Assembly: GCF_006345805.1 (NCBI RefSeq)
Contig: NC_043003.1
Coordinates: 23,684,001-23,748,000 of the forward strand
Length of the DNA stretch: 64,000 nt
Direction of reading: 5' to 3'
Source of the DNA: Octopus sinensis
Taxonomy: Eukaryota
Of this stretch, positions 38,849-52,356 are shown piece by piece. How positions within the stretch are numbered: position 1 is the first letter of the stretch; every line of letters starts with the position of its first letter. Under the pieces are notes generated by a model. That model made no database searches. It was given only the letters and a program-made list of their open reading frames with translations, and was not told the DNA's origin. A program made the position numbers and the translations under genes.

Positions 38849-38987
38849 AGTTTGATTCAAATTCGTTGGTACTCCTGAGTTCCAAGCGTGATGCTAGTTA
38901 TCATTTTATATTTGAATCAAATTCAAAATGGCTGATGTCTACTATCACGCTTCAAAACTGAGAGTACCAACGAATTTGAATCAAACT
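38849..38987. mobile_element. MITE-like foldback with 26-bp perfect and ~50-bp imperfect inverted repeats
   Basis: AGTTTGATTCAAATTCGTTGGTACTC and GAGTACCAACGAATTTGAATCAAACT. Confidence 0.75.
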
Positions 38988-39469
38988 CCTTTGATCCATA
39001 TATATAAAATTTAATCAACGATATCCATCATTTTAAAGACCTGTCCGCATCCATGTTCCCCGTTTTTAGTCCAGCGTATCTTTGCTTTGCATTTATGGAT
39101 ATGGGTATATTATTGCTTATATATGAGAAAAAGAAATCGAAGCAATTGAGATATCTGAGTCTATCAATGTAGCTCCTTTCAATCGAAATCTTGCCTTGAT
39201 AAAATGTCCATTTAGCTATATTGAAATCGAAACGTTAATTTTATTTAACTTAATTTCTCAAATCGAATTAATTGGGCATGGAAACAATTGTAGGTGCTAA
39301 AAATTTGCTTTTCTTTGGAATTAACCATGTTCTAATAAATGGATGTCTATATGACAATTACCCCGTCATCTTGTTCTCATACGTAAACAAATATATATAT
39401 ATAAATATCAATGATAAAACGAAAAAATTCTTAAGGCATCTTTAATGATTCGCTACAGTTGTTTCTCTT

Positions 39470-39526
39470 CTTCTTCCGCTTCTTCTTCTTCTTCTTCTTC
39501 TTCTTCTTCTTCTTCTTCTTCTTCTT

Positions 39527-39600
<74 letters not shown>
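39470..39600. repeat. Compound (CTT)n(ATT)n microsatellite
   Basis: Directly visible. Confidence 0.95.
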
Positions 39601-40673
39601 CATACATTTATATAGACTTATATATGTGTGTGTGCATGTGTATGTGCGTGTTTGCATGTGTGTGTGTACGTGCGTGTGTGTGTGTGCGTGTATGTATGCA
39701 TTTTTCCATGATTCATATGCATACGCTACTGTATACGTGCGCAAATCTAACTTTTGTTCGGAGCACGCAATGTCTATCTTATTAGATAATGCCATAGAAC
39801 CTATTAATGATAGTAGACACATTAAAAGTATAGAAAAATATATCGTGTAGCTGAATAAAATATTAATACTTAAATCTAATAAATTTCAAACAGATAAATC
39901 ATTAAAATATCTTCAATGACTAAATCATCTTTAACAGTTATAAATATAATGGCGTAATGGAGGTTTCTTTTTCGCTTTCGTCTGCCACATAAATAGAGCA
40001 AGACGTTCGTATACGTGTACGCTATCGTGATTTATAGCAACTGTATGTATGTATATCATTTGTGCATGCGTATATATATATTATATATATATATATATAT
40101 TATATATATATAATATATATATATATATTAATATATATATAGTTAAGTATATATGTATATATATATTCTATTTATATGAGAGGTGTATATGTGTGTGCGT
40201 GTGTGTGTGTGCCTACGTGATTTTATATTAGTGTGTGTGTTGGTGTTTCTGTGTATGTATGTGTATGTGCATGTGTATGTACATGTGTGTGGTGCGTGTG
40301 ATTATAGGTATGTGTACACATGCATACAGATGCACACGCGCGCACCGATTTAATGTAGCAGATTTAAAGACTGATAAGTGTATTTTATAACGAACGACAA
40401 GTTTATTGCAAAACTTTACAATCTGTTATTTCTGATTCACCAAAGCTACTGATCCCGTAAGGTAATTTAAAAATTTATGAAAATAACTTTCATATCAAAT
40501 AATTTAGGTGGGCTTGCATTTCAAAACGTATGGAGAGAAAATAAACGAAACGTACTAACAAGTTTAAAGGAATAAAATAAATGTATTAATACATCATAAT
40601 TGTGACAAATGAAAATTTGTGTTCTGAAAATACAATAGAAAGAGTATGTATGTATATACACACACACCACACC

Positions 40674-40740
<67 letters not shown>

Positions 40741-41029
40741 AGATATATATATTATGTATGTGTGTGTGTGTCTGTGTCTGTGTATGTTTGTGTGTGTGTG
40801 TGTGTATGTGTGTGATGTGCGTATATATATATACACAAACGCACACCCACATATTGCTTTATATCCTTCTCTTTCTCTCTCCCTTTCTCTCTCTGTCACT
40901 CTCTATATATATACATACATATATACATACATATATATACATATATGCATATAGATAAAAACACACAAATGTATTAATATCTGCATGTATATATATATAT
41001 ATATATTTCAGCATGTTTACTTCGTAAAA

Positions 41030-41225
41030 ACCAGTCGCGTTTTTTTCCCTCCGTTCGCCCACATCGGGATCTTTCTTTCTTCCTTCTCTTATGTTTCCGA
41101 CGAAGAGCTCCGCTCGAAACGTCATACCCTCCTTCTTCCATTTTTCCTGAGCGCCTAATAATAATAATACTTTAATTGTTCCACGTGTTGTTGTTTTTTC
41201 TGTTTTCCCGTTTGGATTAACCTTA
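41030..41225 (+). mobile_element. Penelope-like terminal fragment with hammerhead-like motif (second subfamily)
   Basis: Motif 41093-41127; downstream TTTCCTGAGCGCC..TAATA shared with the 34222 copy; ends at (TA)n. Confidence 0.55.
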
Positions 41226-42199
41226 TATATATATATATATGGCGTCACTGACCGAATTTGGTGTTTTCACACCTTTTACCATAAAAGATTTTTCTCCACG
41301 GTAACTGCAGTTGAAATATGTGACAATTCTGAGATAGAATAACACTGATTACCAAAACACTAGCGTTGCTAGTTTATTTTATTAGTTTCGTTTATGAACA
41401 TAAACACTATTGCTTTAACATAACATTCTATATTTCATTCTTGATGGAGATATATTGTTGAAAGCCCTGAAACTGGCGATATATCTCTCGAGAAAACTTC
41501 TCTGCCGGCTAATTGAGACACCTGTCGTTTATTAATCACTCTTTTTGTATGTCACCGGAGGCTACATTTCTCTAGAGATTGATTGTTAGGGAATGCTTAC
41601 TCCCGATTATTCTCAAAAAGAGGAAATGCATGTTAGCAATTTCACCACTTGTCGGCTGCTACTAATCTATTTCTACATTTTTTAACGCTGTGTGTCTATG
41701 TGAGGGGATTTCTTGAGACGAAGACAACAGTTTCAAGGTTTTCAACTGTATGCTTTGTTTGAATATGATATGCAGTATATCATGCTGATTTAACAATTCT
41801 TCCGTTGCTAATAATCAACGTCTTATTGTACATGCATATATGTATATGCATGTACACACATGTGTATATTAAGAGAGAGGGAGAGAGAGGGAGAGAGAGA
41901 CAGAGACACAGGCAGACAGACGGAGAGGAAGTTAACAGATGAGATCAACAGAATATCTATATGGAGAACACTTAGAAACTCTCAAAATATTTGAATTTTT
42001 ATTCTGAAATCTTTACGAGTCGGAGGGACAGAGAGAGGTTATAAGAGGAATCTAAGTGAGCAGATATTTGCATCATTGTCTCTCTCTTTGTAACTGTCTG
42101 CCTGTTTGTCTCTCTCTCTTTCTGTCTGTCTGTCTGTCTGTCTGTTTCTCTCTCTCTCTATCTATCTCTCTCTCTCTTCCTACATATATATATTCTTAT

Positions 42200-42610
42200 A
42201 CTTTCATTCTTATACTTCCTTCAATCATTTAAGTGTGGCCATTTTGGAACAGAGCCTTTAAGGGTTTTAGTCGAAGCAATCGACCCTAGGACTTATTCTT
42301 TCTAAGCCTAGTACTTATTCTATTAGTCTCCTAGGCTGGACCGCTAAGTTACGGCGATATAAACACATCTGCATCGGTTGTCAAGCGATGACGGCGTTAC
42401 AAAGACATAAACACATATAAACATGTATATATATATATATACGACGGGTTTCTCTCAGTTTCCGCCTACCAACTCCACTCAGAAGGCTTTGTTGCTTTGG
42501 TCCGCTCGAGGCTATAGTAGAAAGCACTTACCCACGGAGCCTCGCAGTTGAACCGAATGTAGAACCATGTGGTTTGGAAGCAAGCTTCTTACCACAGAGC
42601 AACGCCTCAA
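42200..42610 (-). mobile_element. SINE family A (OK-like), diverged
   Basis: Collinear with other family A copies (GTCGAAGCAATCGACCC.AGGACTTATTCTTT...CCAACTCCACTCAGAAGGCTTTG). Confidence 0.85.
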
Positions 42611-43504
42611 TAAATATTTGCCTTATGTGGTATATATATCGAAAATTAAAATTAAACTAGATCTTCTTTGAATGGTTAATAAATTAAGTGTTTTGAATTG
42701 CTATAAGTGACAATAGCAGTTTCTCTCTAATCATATCTAACTTCCTTCGTCTGTGATTAAATAGAGGAAAAGCATGACCGCACACTACTCGTTAAAATAT
42801 GTGTGGCCATTAAACAAACACACACACATAACTTTATTTATGCAAATATCTGTCTGGCCTTCTATCAGGATTGCTATCTATATCATTCTGTCTATGTGTC
42901 TGAGATAAGGTTAGCCGTTGGAACAAAGGAATCAATTATGTTAAATGTAAATATGGAAATGAGAATTTAAAATAAAACTGTTATTAGGAATTAAAATACG
43001 AATGGTGATAACAAGAGAAAACAAAGTGCGAAATAAGATAATGAAACAAAGCTGAACAAATAATTACGAAAGAAAACACTGTAAAACACAAAATATCAAC
43101 AACAATAAGATGTCTAAATTATCAGAAACAATTGTAATATATATATATATATCGTATCTTCTATTATTATCTATATCTTTCTATACATAAATATATATAA
43201 TATACCCACATATTATATGTGTGTGCGTGCATGTGTATGTGTGTATATGTGTTTGTGTGTATATGTGTTTGTGTGTATATACATATAGATACACACACAC
43301 ACACACAGAGATATATGTATCTATATAAAGTATGTTAAATAGGCTATAGTGCATATAAGAACATGAAGCACTCGAACGAACATACGTGATAACATGAAAG
43401 TATAAAATATTTATCTTTCATCTTTTACTCCACAACATAAATATTACAAAGAAACTTTTTCATGCTGTTTGAGTAAGCTGTTAGTTGAAATTAACACACA
43501 CACA

Positions 43505-43576
<72 letters not shown>

Positions 43577-43909
43577 CATGTATACATATGAATATGTGGG
43601 CATACATATATTGTTGTTACACATATACTTGCATGTTTAATATTTCTTTCTATAGTTATATTATACATTGAATTTTCGTTGCTTCACTCTTATTTCATTA
43701 ATAAGCATTTATTAATTTTCATACATTTAATTTTGGGCTGGTTTTTCACATTCATTCATTTTAGTATTAATAGCATTAGTTTCATTATTAGTAGTAGTAT
43801 TATAATTGTTGTTGTTAGGGTGGTGGTGGTGGTGGTGGCTGTTGATATTAGTATTGCACTTGTTTTATAGTTATATTTTACTTACCTATATTCTATCAAT
43901 ATTATATAT

Positions 43910-43942
<33 letters not shown>

Positions 43943-43959
43943 GTGTGTGTGTATGTGTT

Positions 43960-44005
<46 letters not shown>

Positions 44006-44031
44006 TATACATATATATATATTATACATAA

Positions 44032-44084
<53 letters not shown>

Positions 44085-44324
44085 ATATATATAATACATA
44101 TATACATACACACGTCCAGAGACAGAGTGTTTAAGAATTAATAACAAATGTATACGTATCTCTTTGAGATAAGCTTATAGAGGGATAATTCTGTATACTT
44201 CGTGCAGTATTACAAACAAGCATATATATATATATATATATTATACAGACAAGAAGGTAATATCTCAAACGCAGTGTAGCCATGAAAACACCAGAACGAT
44301 CGAGTATTATAATCCTTATAAAAC

Positions 44325-44685
44325 TGAAAAACAGTTGCCAACAGACAGCCATAGGACTCAAACCCGCACCCATCGCATACCGGCTGGATACTCTGGGATT
44401 AAGCGAAACTGCCCACTGATCGAAATATCCGTCAAATTAAGCGCTAAATACCTGGTATTTTGGAATGCAGCAAATATGCAAACAAACTTATATTTTGTTT
44501 TTAGAAGCGTCATACGTGTATTGTATTATACAGACAAAAAGGTAATATTTCGAATCATATTTTTACCCTTCTAGTAGTAGGGCAGTAATATAATTGCTGC
44601 CAGTGGCCAGTTTAGCTTAAGAGTAAGGTACTCGCCCGATACCTGAGAAGTGCGGTCCCGAGGCTGTCTGTCGACAACATTTTTA
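44325..44685. mobile_element. Old MITE-like element with degenerate TIRs
   Basis: AAAACAGTTGCCAACAGACAGCCATAGGAC versus the reverse complement of GTCCCGAGGCTGTCTGTCGACAACATTTT. Confidence 0.5.
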
Positions 44686-44842
44686 TCTCATACTGCTAAT
44701 AATAGCCGATCTTTGTGCTGATTAGACGGCTATACTGCGTTCAAAATATTGCCTTCTTGCATGTATGTTACTCATTCCACGCTTCTAGAAACAAAATATA
44801 AGTTTGTTTACATATGGTGTTGGCGTAATATATATATATGTG

Positions 44843-44921
<79 letters not shown>

Positions 44922-44993
44922 CGTGCATATACATATATATACATATATATATATACATAAATATGTGTATATATATTTATATATGGGTGCATG

Positions 44994-45024
<31 letters not shown>

Positions 45025-45282
45025 ATATAATGTGTTTGTGGAAATATAGGCGAGTAAGTGAATAGAAACAGGTGTGAATATAGGTAATTAATAACAGACA
45101 CAAAACATTGCGAACAAAATTTTCACAGAATAATATCAAAATAGATGCATAATTATAAAGGCTCATAAATAGATGGATATCAATATAAGTAAAGACAAAA
45201 ATTCATAGACAAATAAGTATAAACTAAAAAATGAAATATCATAAAACACGAAGACAAGCACCACTTACACGTAGGCAGAAAA

Positions 45283-45366
<84 letters not shown>

Positions 45367-45662
45367 TTTCACTCAATGCCATGCTTATAGATATGACAGA
45401 TGTATCGTTAGAATTACAGTCTATTGTCGTATTTGTTTACGAAACAAATAAATATCAATACTTCCCGGTGTAATGTGCGTGTGTGAGTTCCTATCTACAT
45501 GTGAGTGTCGTTTTCATCTCTTATTGGCAGGAATTCATATGCATACGTGCATACATGCATACATAATACATACATACAATCATACATATATATTATATAT
45601 ATAATCAATATTATATATATAAAGATATATATATATATATATGTATACATACACAAACACTA

Positions 45663-45700
<38 letters not shown>

Positions 45701-45758
45701 TTGGATTTGACGGAAAGCAATAAAGAAAAACACACTTATATAAAAGAAACAAGGAAAG

Positions 45759-45800
<42 letters not shown>

Positions 45801-46979
45801 TATATATATATATATATATATTATCTTTCCCCTTTTTTCTATTTTTATATGACTTCTATTTTTATATATGTGTGTGTTTCTTTATTGTTTTTACGTCAAT
45901 ATCCAAGAATATTATTTGCTATAAATAACGTCAAATTTTTATGTTAAATATCAGAATACCATCTGTTTTGTATTAAATATCAGAACGCCATGTGTTAAAT
46001 ATCAGTAAACAAATACGTGACGAGCGATGAATAATAATAATGAGTAACTTCAGGATGACAGTAAATAAAATAATATAGCTTCTTAGCAGTGATTTATTTC
46101 TGTTCACTTATTTTTTTATTTAATAAATAGAATATGATATTTCTTCTTTGTTTCTCTGTATGTGTTTTTTTTTTCATAATTTTATTTGTTTATTTATTGT
46201 GAACATATTGTGTCATAATGTCTAAATACATTTCTAGAGAAAACGTTACATACGAAAAATATCATTTCGGGCATGCATGAAACTTATCACATTTTCAGAC
46301 ATCTTACATATGCGTTTAGTCGTAGGTTATTTTTAGTTGTTTCCAAGTAGCAGGCATTTGTGCCGTTTCATTCATAATACGTTATTCAGTTTATCTTTAC
46401 GTTATGAAATATAATTCGAACGTTTTTTCTTTTACAAATCTATATAATATTATTTTACATTATTTATTGAATCATTTTATTGTGAATTCTTTCATTAAAC
46501 TTGTTTATATGCTATTTATCCGGTTAATTTATTTTCTAAGACATATATGTAATAGATATTAATTTGATTGTCTTATTTCCTTGAACATGAGTCGGGGACG
46601 TTAGTTAAAAAGGTATATTTTGCCACTTGTCTAAACTCGCTCCAGTTGTAGATTAGTTTCATGTTTGGAATATATTATAGAATGGAAAATGTACATCTGT
46701 TAGTCTATGTTCGTTAATTAATCTTTATGATTGAAGTTCTAGGTTTGCTACCCTTTTGATGTTATTAAAATGTTACATATCAGTAGTTCTGTTGGATTTG
46801 CTTTATATGTTTACTTCGCTATTACTATTTTGTAAAACTGCTTATTTTTCAAATCATAATGTCCTATGTAGGAGGAATTCTTCGTTATATAGATGTTGTT
46901 TTGTGAATTATAGCTTGGTGTCTATAAGTTAATAGTATTTCATAGTCGTTTATTTAATGTTGTTACTTTAATAATAGCA

Positions 46980-47243
46980 GATTTTGTTGTCTGGGAGAGT
47001 CATTTTGTTTTTGTGCCTTATAATGTAACACACTCACCGGTAAAATTTTCACTTATTTCAAGGCTTATTTCAAGACTATTGAAAAGGTTGCAAGACGCAA
47101 CGAAAGTTTTAGGAAAGAAAAATAGAAATAAAAAATGAGTGGAAATAAAAATAGAAATAAGAAACAAGTGGAAATTATACCGGTGAGCGTGTTACATTAT
47201 AAGGCACAAAAAGAAAATAACTCTCCCAAAACACAACAGAATA
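46980..47243. mobile_element. MITE with ~80-bp terminal inverted repeats
   Basis: TTTTTGTGCCTTATAATGTAACAC.CTCACCGGTA.AATTT.CACTT.TTTC at ~47009-47059 mirrors 47161-47211. Confidence 0.85.
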
Positions 47244-47354
47244 TGCTTCAACATACGAACTCTTATAAAGAAACTTGCAAGCCAAATCCAAAAACGAAAT
47301 AATAATAGCAGGTTTTTGGAATAATGGGCATATTATGCTGTTTCACGCATGCTT

Positions 47355-47705
47355 TCGTTCGTTGCCATTCTGCGCTTTAAAAAAAGATCGTTTTCTTCAT
47401 GCACCTATAAAGAATCTCAGATGGGCATTGGTTGGACTTGGTTCTCTTTATTCCATTGTTGTGGGACTCAAAAACCGAACCTGCAGACGTAGTCAAATAG
47501 ATGCAGTTGATTTTCAACACTTGATTTGACGCTTTGGAAAATATCTGTGTTCTTCGTCGTCGTATAACGGTGGTTAGTCTCGACTAACTCTTTCACTTTC
47601 TCGCTGTTAATCTCAGTTGGTCAGCCAAAATGAATGCATCTTGAATGGAACAAATTCTCGATCGAAATTTTGAGAACCACTTTTGGCACACATGCTCCAC
47701 ACACG
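47355..47705 (-). pseudogene. mariner transposase N-terminal half (HTH region to first catalytic D), decayed
   Basis: Minus strand: AKKWFSKFRS-like start, VKELVETNHRYTT, SVKSSVENQLHLFDYVCRFGF*VPQ, NDLFLKR. These match mariner QKWF.KFRSG, YTTREIA, WVPH and DPFLKR motifs. Confidence 0.8.
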
Positions 47706-47879
47706 TAAGAGCAACACTTCCGTATACAACAACACGTCTTTCTCTTTTATCTTAATTTTGAAAAATAAAAGAAGTATAAATAAACCGCATTATTTATGGG
47801 AGGACCCAATATATCTCTGTGGAATTGTTAAGGTTCAATATTCCTCGCTATCTTTAATTAATCTTTCAAAATGTTGCTC

Positions 47880-47969
47880 GTGATAGATAGTAGATAGATA
47901 GATAGTAGAAAGTGGACTGGCTAGCTGGCTGTATGCATGGATGGATGGATGGATGGATAGATACATACG

Positions 47970-48049
<80 letters not shown>

Positions 48050-48344
48050 CAGACAGACACATACACACATACGAACGTACGTACGTATATATGTAGGTAC
48101 AAACATAGACAGATAGATATACAGAGACGTGAATGAATTGACGGATAGTTAGATGAATTGGTACGTAGACAGGTAGGTAGGTAGATAGATGGAGAGTTGG
48201 ATGTACAAATGGTTGATTGTTATGTTCATAGATAGATTGGTAACTGAACAGAGATAGAAGAGAGAATGGATGGACGGGCAGATAAATGAATTGTGACGTA
48301 GATACATAGTTTGATATATAGGTAGAGAAATGGACAGGTATATT

Positions 48345-48442
<98 letters not shown>

Positions 48443-48530
48443 GAATAGATAGATACGTAGATAGACAGACAGATAGACAGACAGACAGACGGACAGACGG
48501 ACGGACGGACGGATGGATGGATGGATGGAT
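47880..48530. repeat. Compound (GATA)n/(GGAT)n/(GACA)n microsatellite region
   Basis: Directly visible. Confidence 0.9.
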
Positions 48531-48689
48531 GTGTTTGGGTAACATTCTCTCGTAGTCCGAGAAGGACGTTTCTGCAATTCCTTGCTGATTGTCCGGCACA
48601 AAGGATTTGTATATATTGATCGAATGCATATGCTTACGTTAGCAAACTCCCTGTATTCACTCGACGTTGTAGCACACGTCACGTGTTAA

Positions 48690-48815
48690 GGTGAATGCAG
48701 AGCAACGTGGAATGAAGGGTTTTGCTCAAGAACGATACTCACCAAACGTCCAGGGATAGAAACCATGATTTTACGATCCTGAGTACAACACACTAACCAC
48801 TGGAACATGCAGCCT
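48690..48815 (-). mobile_element. Decayed CORE-like SINE head
   Basis: Reverse complement: GCATGTTCCAGTGGTTAGTGTG...GGTTTCTATCCC...TTCTTGAGCAAAACCCTTCATTCCACGTTGCTC. Confidence 0.55.
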
Positions 48816-49913
48816 CAGAGAGATGGGTTGATTGATGGATAAATAGAGAAATAAATTAGAGTATAGAAGGAATCGCATTTAGATAATTAAATCGTAATTG
48901 CATAGATATGCAGCATGAGAAACGTATCCTTACCTTGAACTATTGTGAGCTTACTACTATGAGAATTGATATTAATAACACAATTAATATGATTTGATTT
49001 TCCGTTTCGTATCGTATTTGCTAAACATTCTTTGTTTAATTGCTTCAACAGCAAAAGCAATCAGACTCTAAATCAACCTTTAGTTACAGTTTAGCTAATG
49101 AATAGTCGTTTCTATGTTCTAATCTTCTCTCAATATTATCCACTTAATGATATTAATAGTTCAAAGTCAGAAGATTAAATAAGTTAAAATGCTTAATTTT
49201 TACTCACTAATCTTTAGGTCAACATTAAGTGTGAATAAATGACACTAAGTTATAAATACTTGCCAAAATTGTGATGAGTTACTACATAATGTATAACATA
49301 TTGATTTTAGATGTTTGCCAAATAATTCTTCCCAGTAATTAGAACATTACTAACGATTATTCTTAAGAGCTGTAAGACTGATAATGTCCTTTTAAGATAT
49401 AATGATCCGATATATGTGTGATCTGTTATGCTGATTTCAGGGTATCAAAAACGGAAATTGTAACATGTAAGCAAAAACCGAATAAAAAACATGATACTGC
49501 AGTTATAAAAGAAACAGTTTTAGAATGGGGCATGTGTAATACTCACCGTTGAATTCATATACATATACACAAAACTTGCAGTGTTGTAGTTCAGATTCAC
49601 TTCAACAGCTCACATACATCACGTGAACTGAGAAATCAATTGGGGAGCCAATATTTGTTAGTAAGGGGACAAAGTAATCTGAAGTTTAAGAATCTGAAAT
49701 TAATAAAAAAAAAAGAGACCAACTTTTAGAATGCTGTTGACCAGAAGATGTTCCTGTGATTATTGGGTTGGCAACATGTGTTTTGTTGTCCTAAATTTGG
49801 TTCCTAAATATGCACACGCACGCATACGAAGGCGCACACACGCACACATATATGCGTATATATATAAGGTATTTCTGGCGAAATACATACATATACATAC
49901 ATATATATATATA

Positions 49914-50197
49914 TTAGCAGTATCGCCCGGCGTTGCTCGGGTTTGTAAGGGAAATAACTATATAAGCATTTTAGAGAGTTACTTCCCTTATATAATAGCG
50001 AAAAATGCATTAAAATGGAAAAAAATGATGGTAGTTTTTTTTTTAAATCGTAGACTCATCGTAGACGCGCGCTAATACCCAGAAGGGCTCGATATGAATC
50101 ACGACTATAAGATACCCGCTTTGGTTAAACTGCACCGCAAAATGTGGAGTAGTTGGGAATCTAATCGTAGGAGACAGACACCACACAACTTTTCTTT

Positions 50198-50200
<3 letters not shown>
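49914..50200 (-). mobile_element. Short non-autonomous Helitron
   Basis: Minus 3' end is hairpin CCCG-agcaacgc-CGGG, spacer, then CTAA|T; minus 5' end TATATAAAAGAAAAGTTGTGTGGTGTCTGTC merges into (TA)n. Confidence 0.7.
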
Positions 50201-50234
<34 letters not shown>

Positions 50235-50517
50235 CTAAATTTATGTATGCGTACGTGCGTGTTAGTGACTCATTTATATATTATATATTATAATGAACTT
50301 GAATTGGAAAATAAATGAAATACATTATAAGTCTGGAGCTTGTCTTTAATGTGAACTTGTGAATGCATAGCACATGCTTTGATCTTCTTAGATATCACAC
50401 TGCTGCATGCATATATACATAAGAAAAAATATATATACATATTATATATACTTTTATGTGTGTGTGTGTGTGTGTGTGTTGTGTGTGTGTGTTGTGTGTG
50501 CCTGTGTATCTTTTCTT

Positions 50518-50549
<32 letters not shown>

Positions 50550-51582
50550 AGTATATTTGTATTTGTGGGAGGGGAGTGAAAAAGTTATCTCATAAAGCAG
50601 GAGAAAACGAGTTTATATAATATGTAAAAGAATCCAAAATTTCATTTTTTATGAATTCTACATTGAAGTTCATATTTCTGTTATTCACGTGACAGTAACT
50701 GAAAAATGAATCTACGTTTATATACATAAGATCTGATGAAACAAAATTGTAATTTGACTGGGCGTTAGGATTGTATAGAAGTAGAAATGATATATATAAT
50801 ACATTTTGAATAGATAATATTAAAAAGATAGAGCAATGTGAAAGAGAGAAAAAATATGAGATGAATAGAAAGAATAAGAAACGAATATGAAAAAGTAAAG
50901 AATAAAGTTTAGAACGATCATATGATATATTGATTTCAAAAATCTCTATTTTGATGATATATGTTACGGAAAAATAAACGTAATAGGCAAAGATAAAGTA
51001 AAAAAAAACAGCGATGCAAAGTGAAAGGAATGCTTCGTTTACATTGTATATAACTTTAAGAAAACATATAGAAACTTATGCAACTTCTATTTTTTTTTAA
51101 ATGATTGATGAATACTGATAAAATAAGATTAGGTTAAAAAAGAGAATAAGAAACTGTATTGAAGTTTACACCGTTCGTATATTTTGATATAGAGAGGTTA
51201 TATAAACAGAAATTGTGTGGCATTAAATATAAACTTTAAAGCTATACCATTATTAATATATGATTGTTCAACTATATGGAGAAGAGAATATATCTGTATT
51301 GGATTTGAATATATAGATAATAATTTGTGGTAAATAGATTTGGACTGTTTCAGTAGAATCCATGGGTTGTGTCGGCAAAATGAAATTAATTCAGCTCGTA
51401 TTGGATTTAATTTCAGTAAAGCTTAGAATAATGTTTCTCTGAAATGGGTAATTATCAAGGATTGATATGCATGGTCTCCGACTTCTCATTTGATGTTGAA
51501 GTCTCTACGGCTCTTCTTAAAATCCAATATCATAACTGGCCTTGTCGAAGTTATGAATGTACCACATCCGTATGTTCATTGT

Positions 51583-51745
51583 CTCTCAATTTGTATGGCT
51601 TAACTGTTGATCCTCAAGGTTCTACAGAAATTTTATCCCTAAGGGTTGCTCAATTGTTCTCTCAATTTGTACGATTTAACTGTTGATCCTCAAGCTTCTA
51701 CAGAAATTTTATCATTAAGGGTTGATCATTTCTTCTCTCAATATG
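51583..51745. repeat. 76-bp tandem duplication (about 2.1 copies)
   Basis: CTCTCAAT at 51583, 51659 and 51735, with conserved TAACTGTTGATCCTCAAG.TTCTACAGAAATTTTATC. Confidence 0.9.
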
Positions 51746-51804
51746 TGCACTTTTATACATTTAGATAGGATCAAGTGTAACGGGAAATTCAGGATATTTG
51801 CAGT

Positions 51805-52038
51805 TACTCTTTTACTCTTTTATTTGTTTAAGCTATTTGACAGTGGCCATGCTGGAGCACCGCCTTTAATCGAACAAATCGACCCCAGGACTTATTCTTT
51901 GTAAGCCTAGTACTTATTGTATCGGTCTCTTTTGGCGAAGCGCTAAGTTACGGTGACGTAAACACATCAACATCGGTTGTCAATAGATGTGCGATGTTGG
52001 GGGGAACAAACACAAACATACAAACACATACACTCACG

Positions 52039-52072
<34 letters not shown>

Positions 52073-52078
52073 CAACAT

Positions 52079-52112
<34 letters not shown>

Positions 52113-52328
52113 CACACACATACACACACCACATATATATATATATATATATAGATATATATATATATATATATATAATACATACATATACGTCTAGCAA
52201 ATCCATCCACATGGTTTTGGTCGTCCCGAGGCTATAGTAGAAGACACTTGCCCAGTGTGCCACATAGTAGGACTGAACCAGGAACCATGTAGTTGGTAAG
52301 CAAGCTACTTACCACACAGCCACTCCTA
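51805..52328 (-). mobile_element. SINE family A with expanded internal microsatellite
   Basis: Collinear with family A; internal repeat about 170 nt (52020-52190). Confidence 0.9.
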
Positions 52329-52356
52329 TGCAGTTGTTATTAGAAATACATTTAGT

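Noticed and set aside
41450-41520. VESPETGDISLEK resembling a cadherin repeat motif
   Set aside because: The frame is short and closed by stops on both sides, with no other cadherin motifs or credible splice sites.
46000-46960. Possible decayed Penelope RT on the minus strand
   Set aside because: Only vague similarity in very AT-rich sequence; no diagnostic motif could be recovered.
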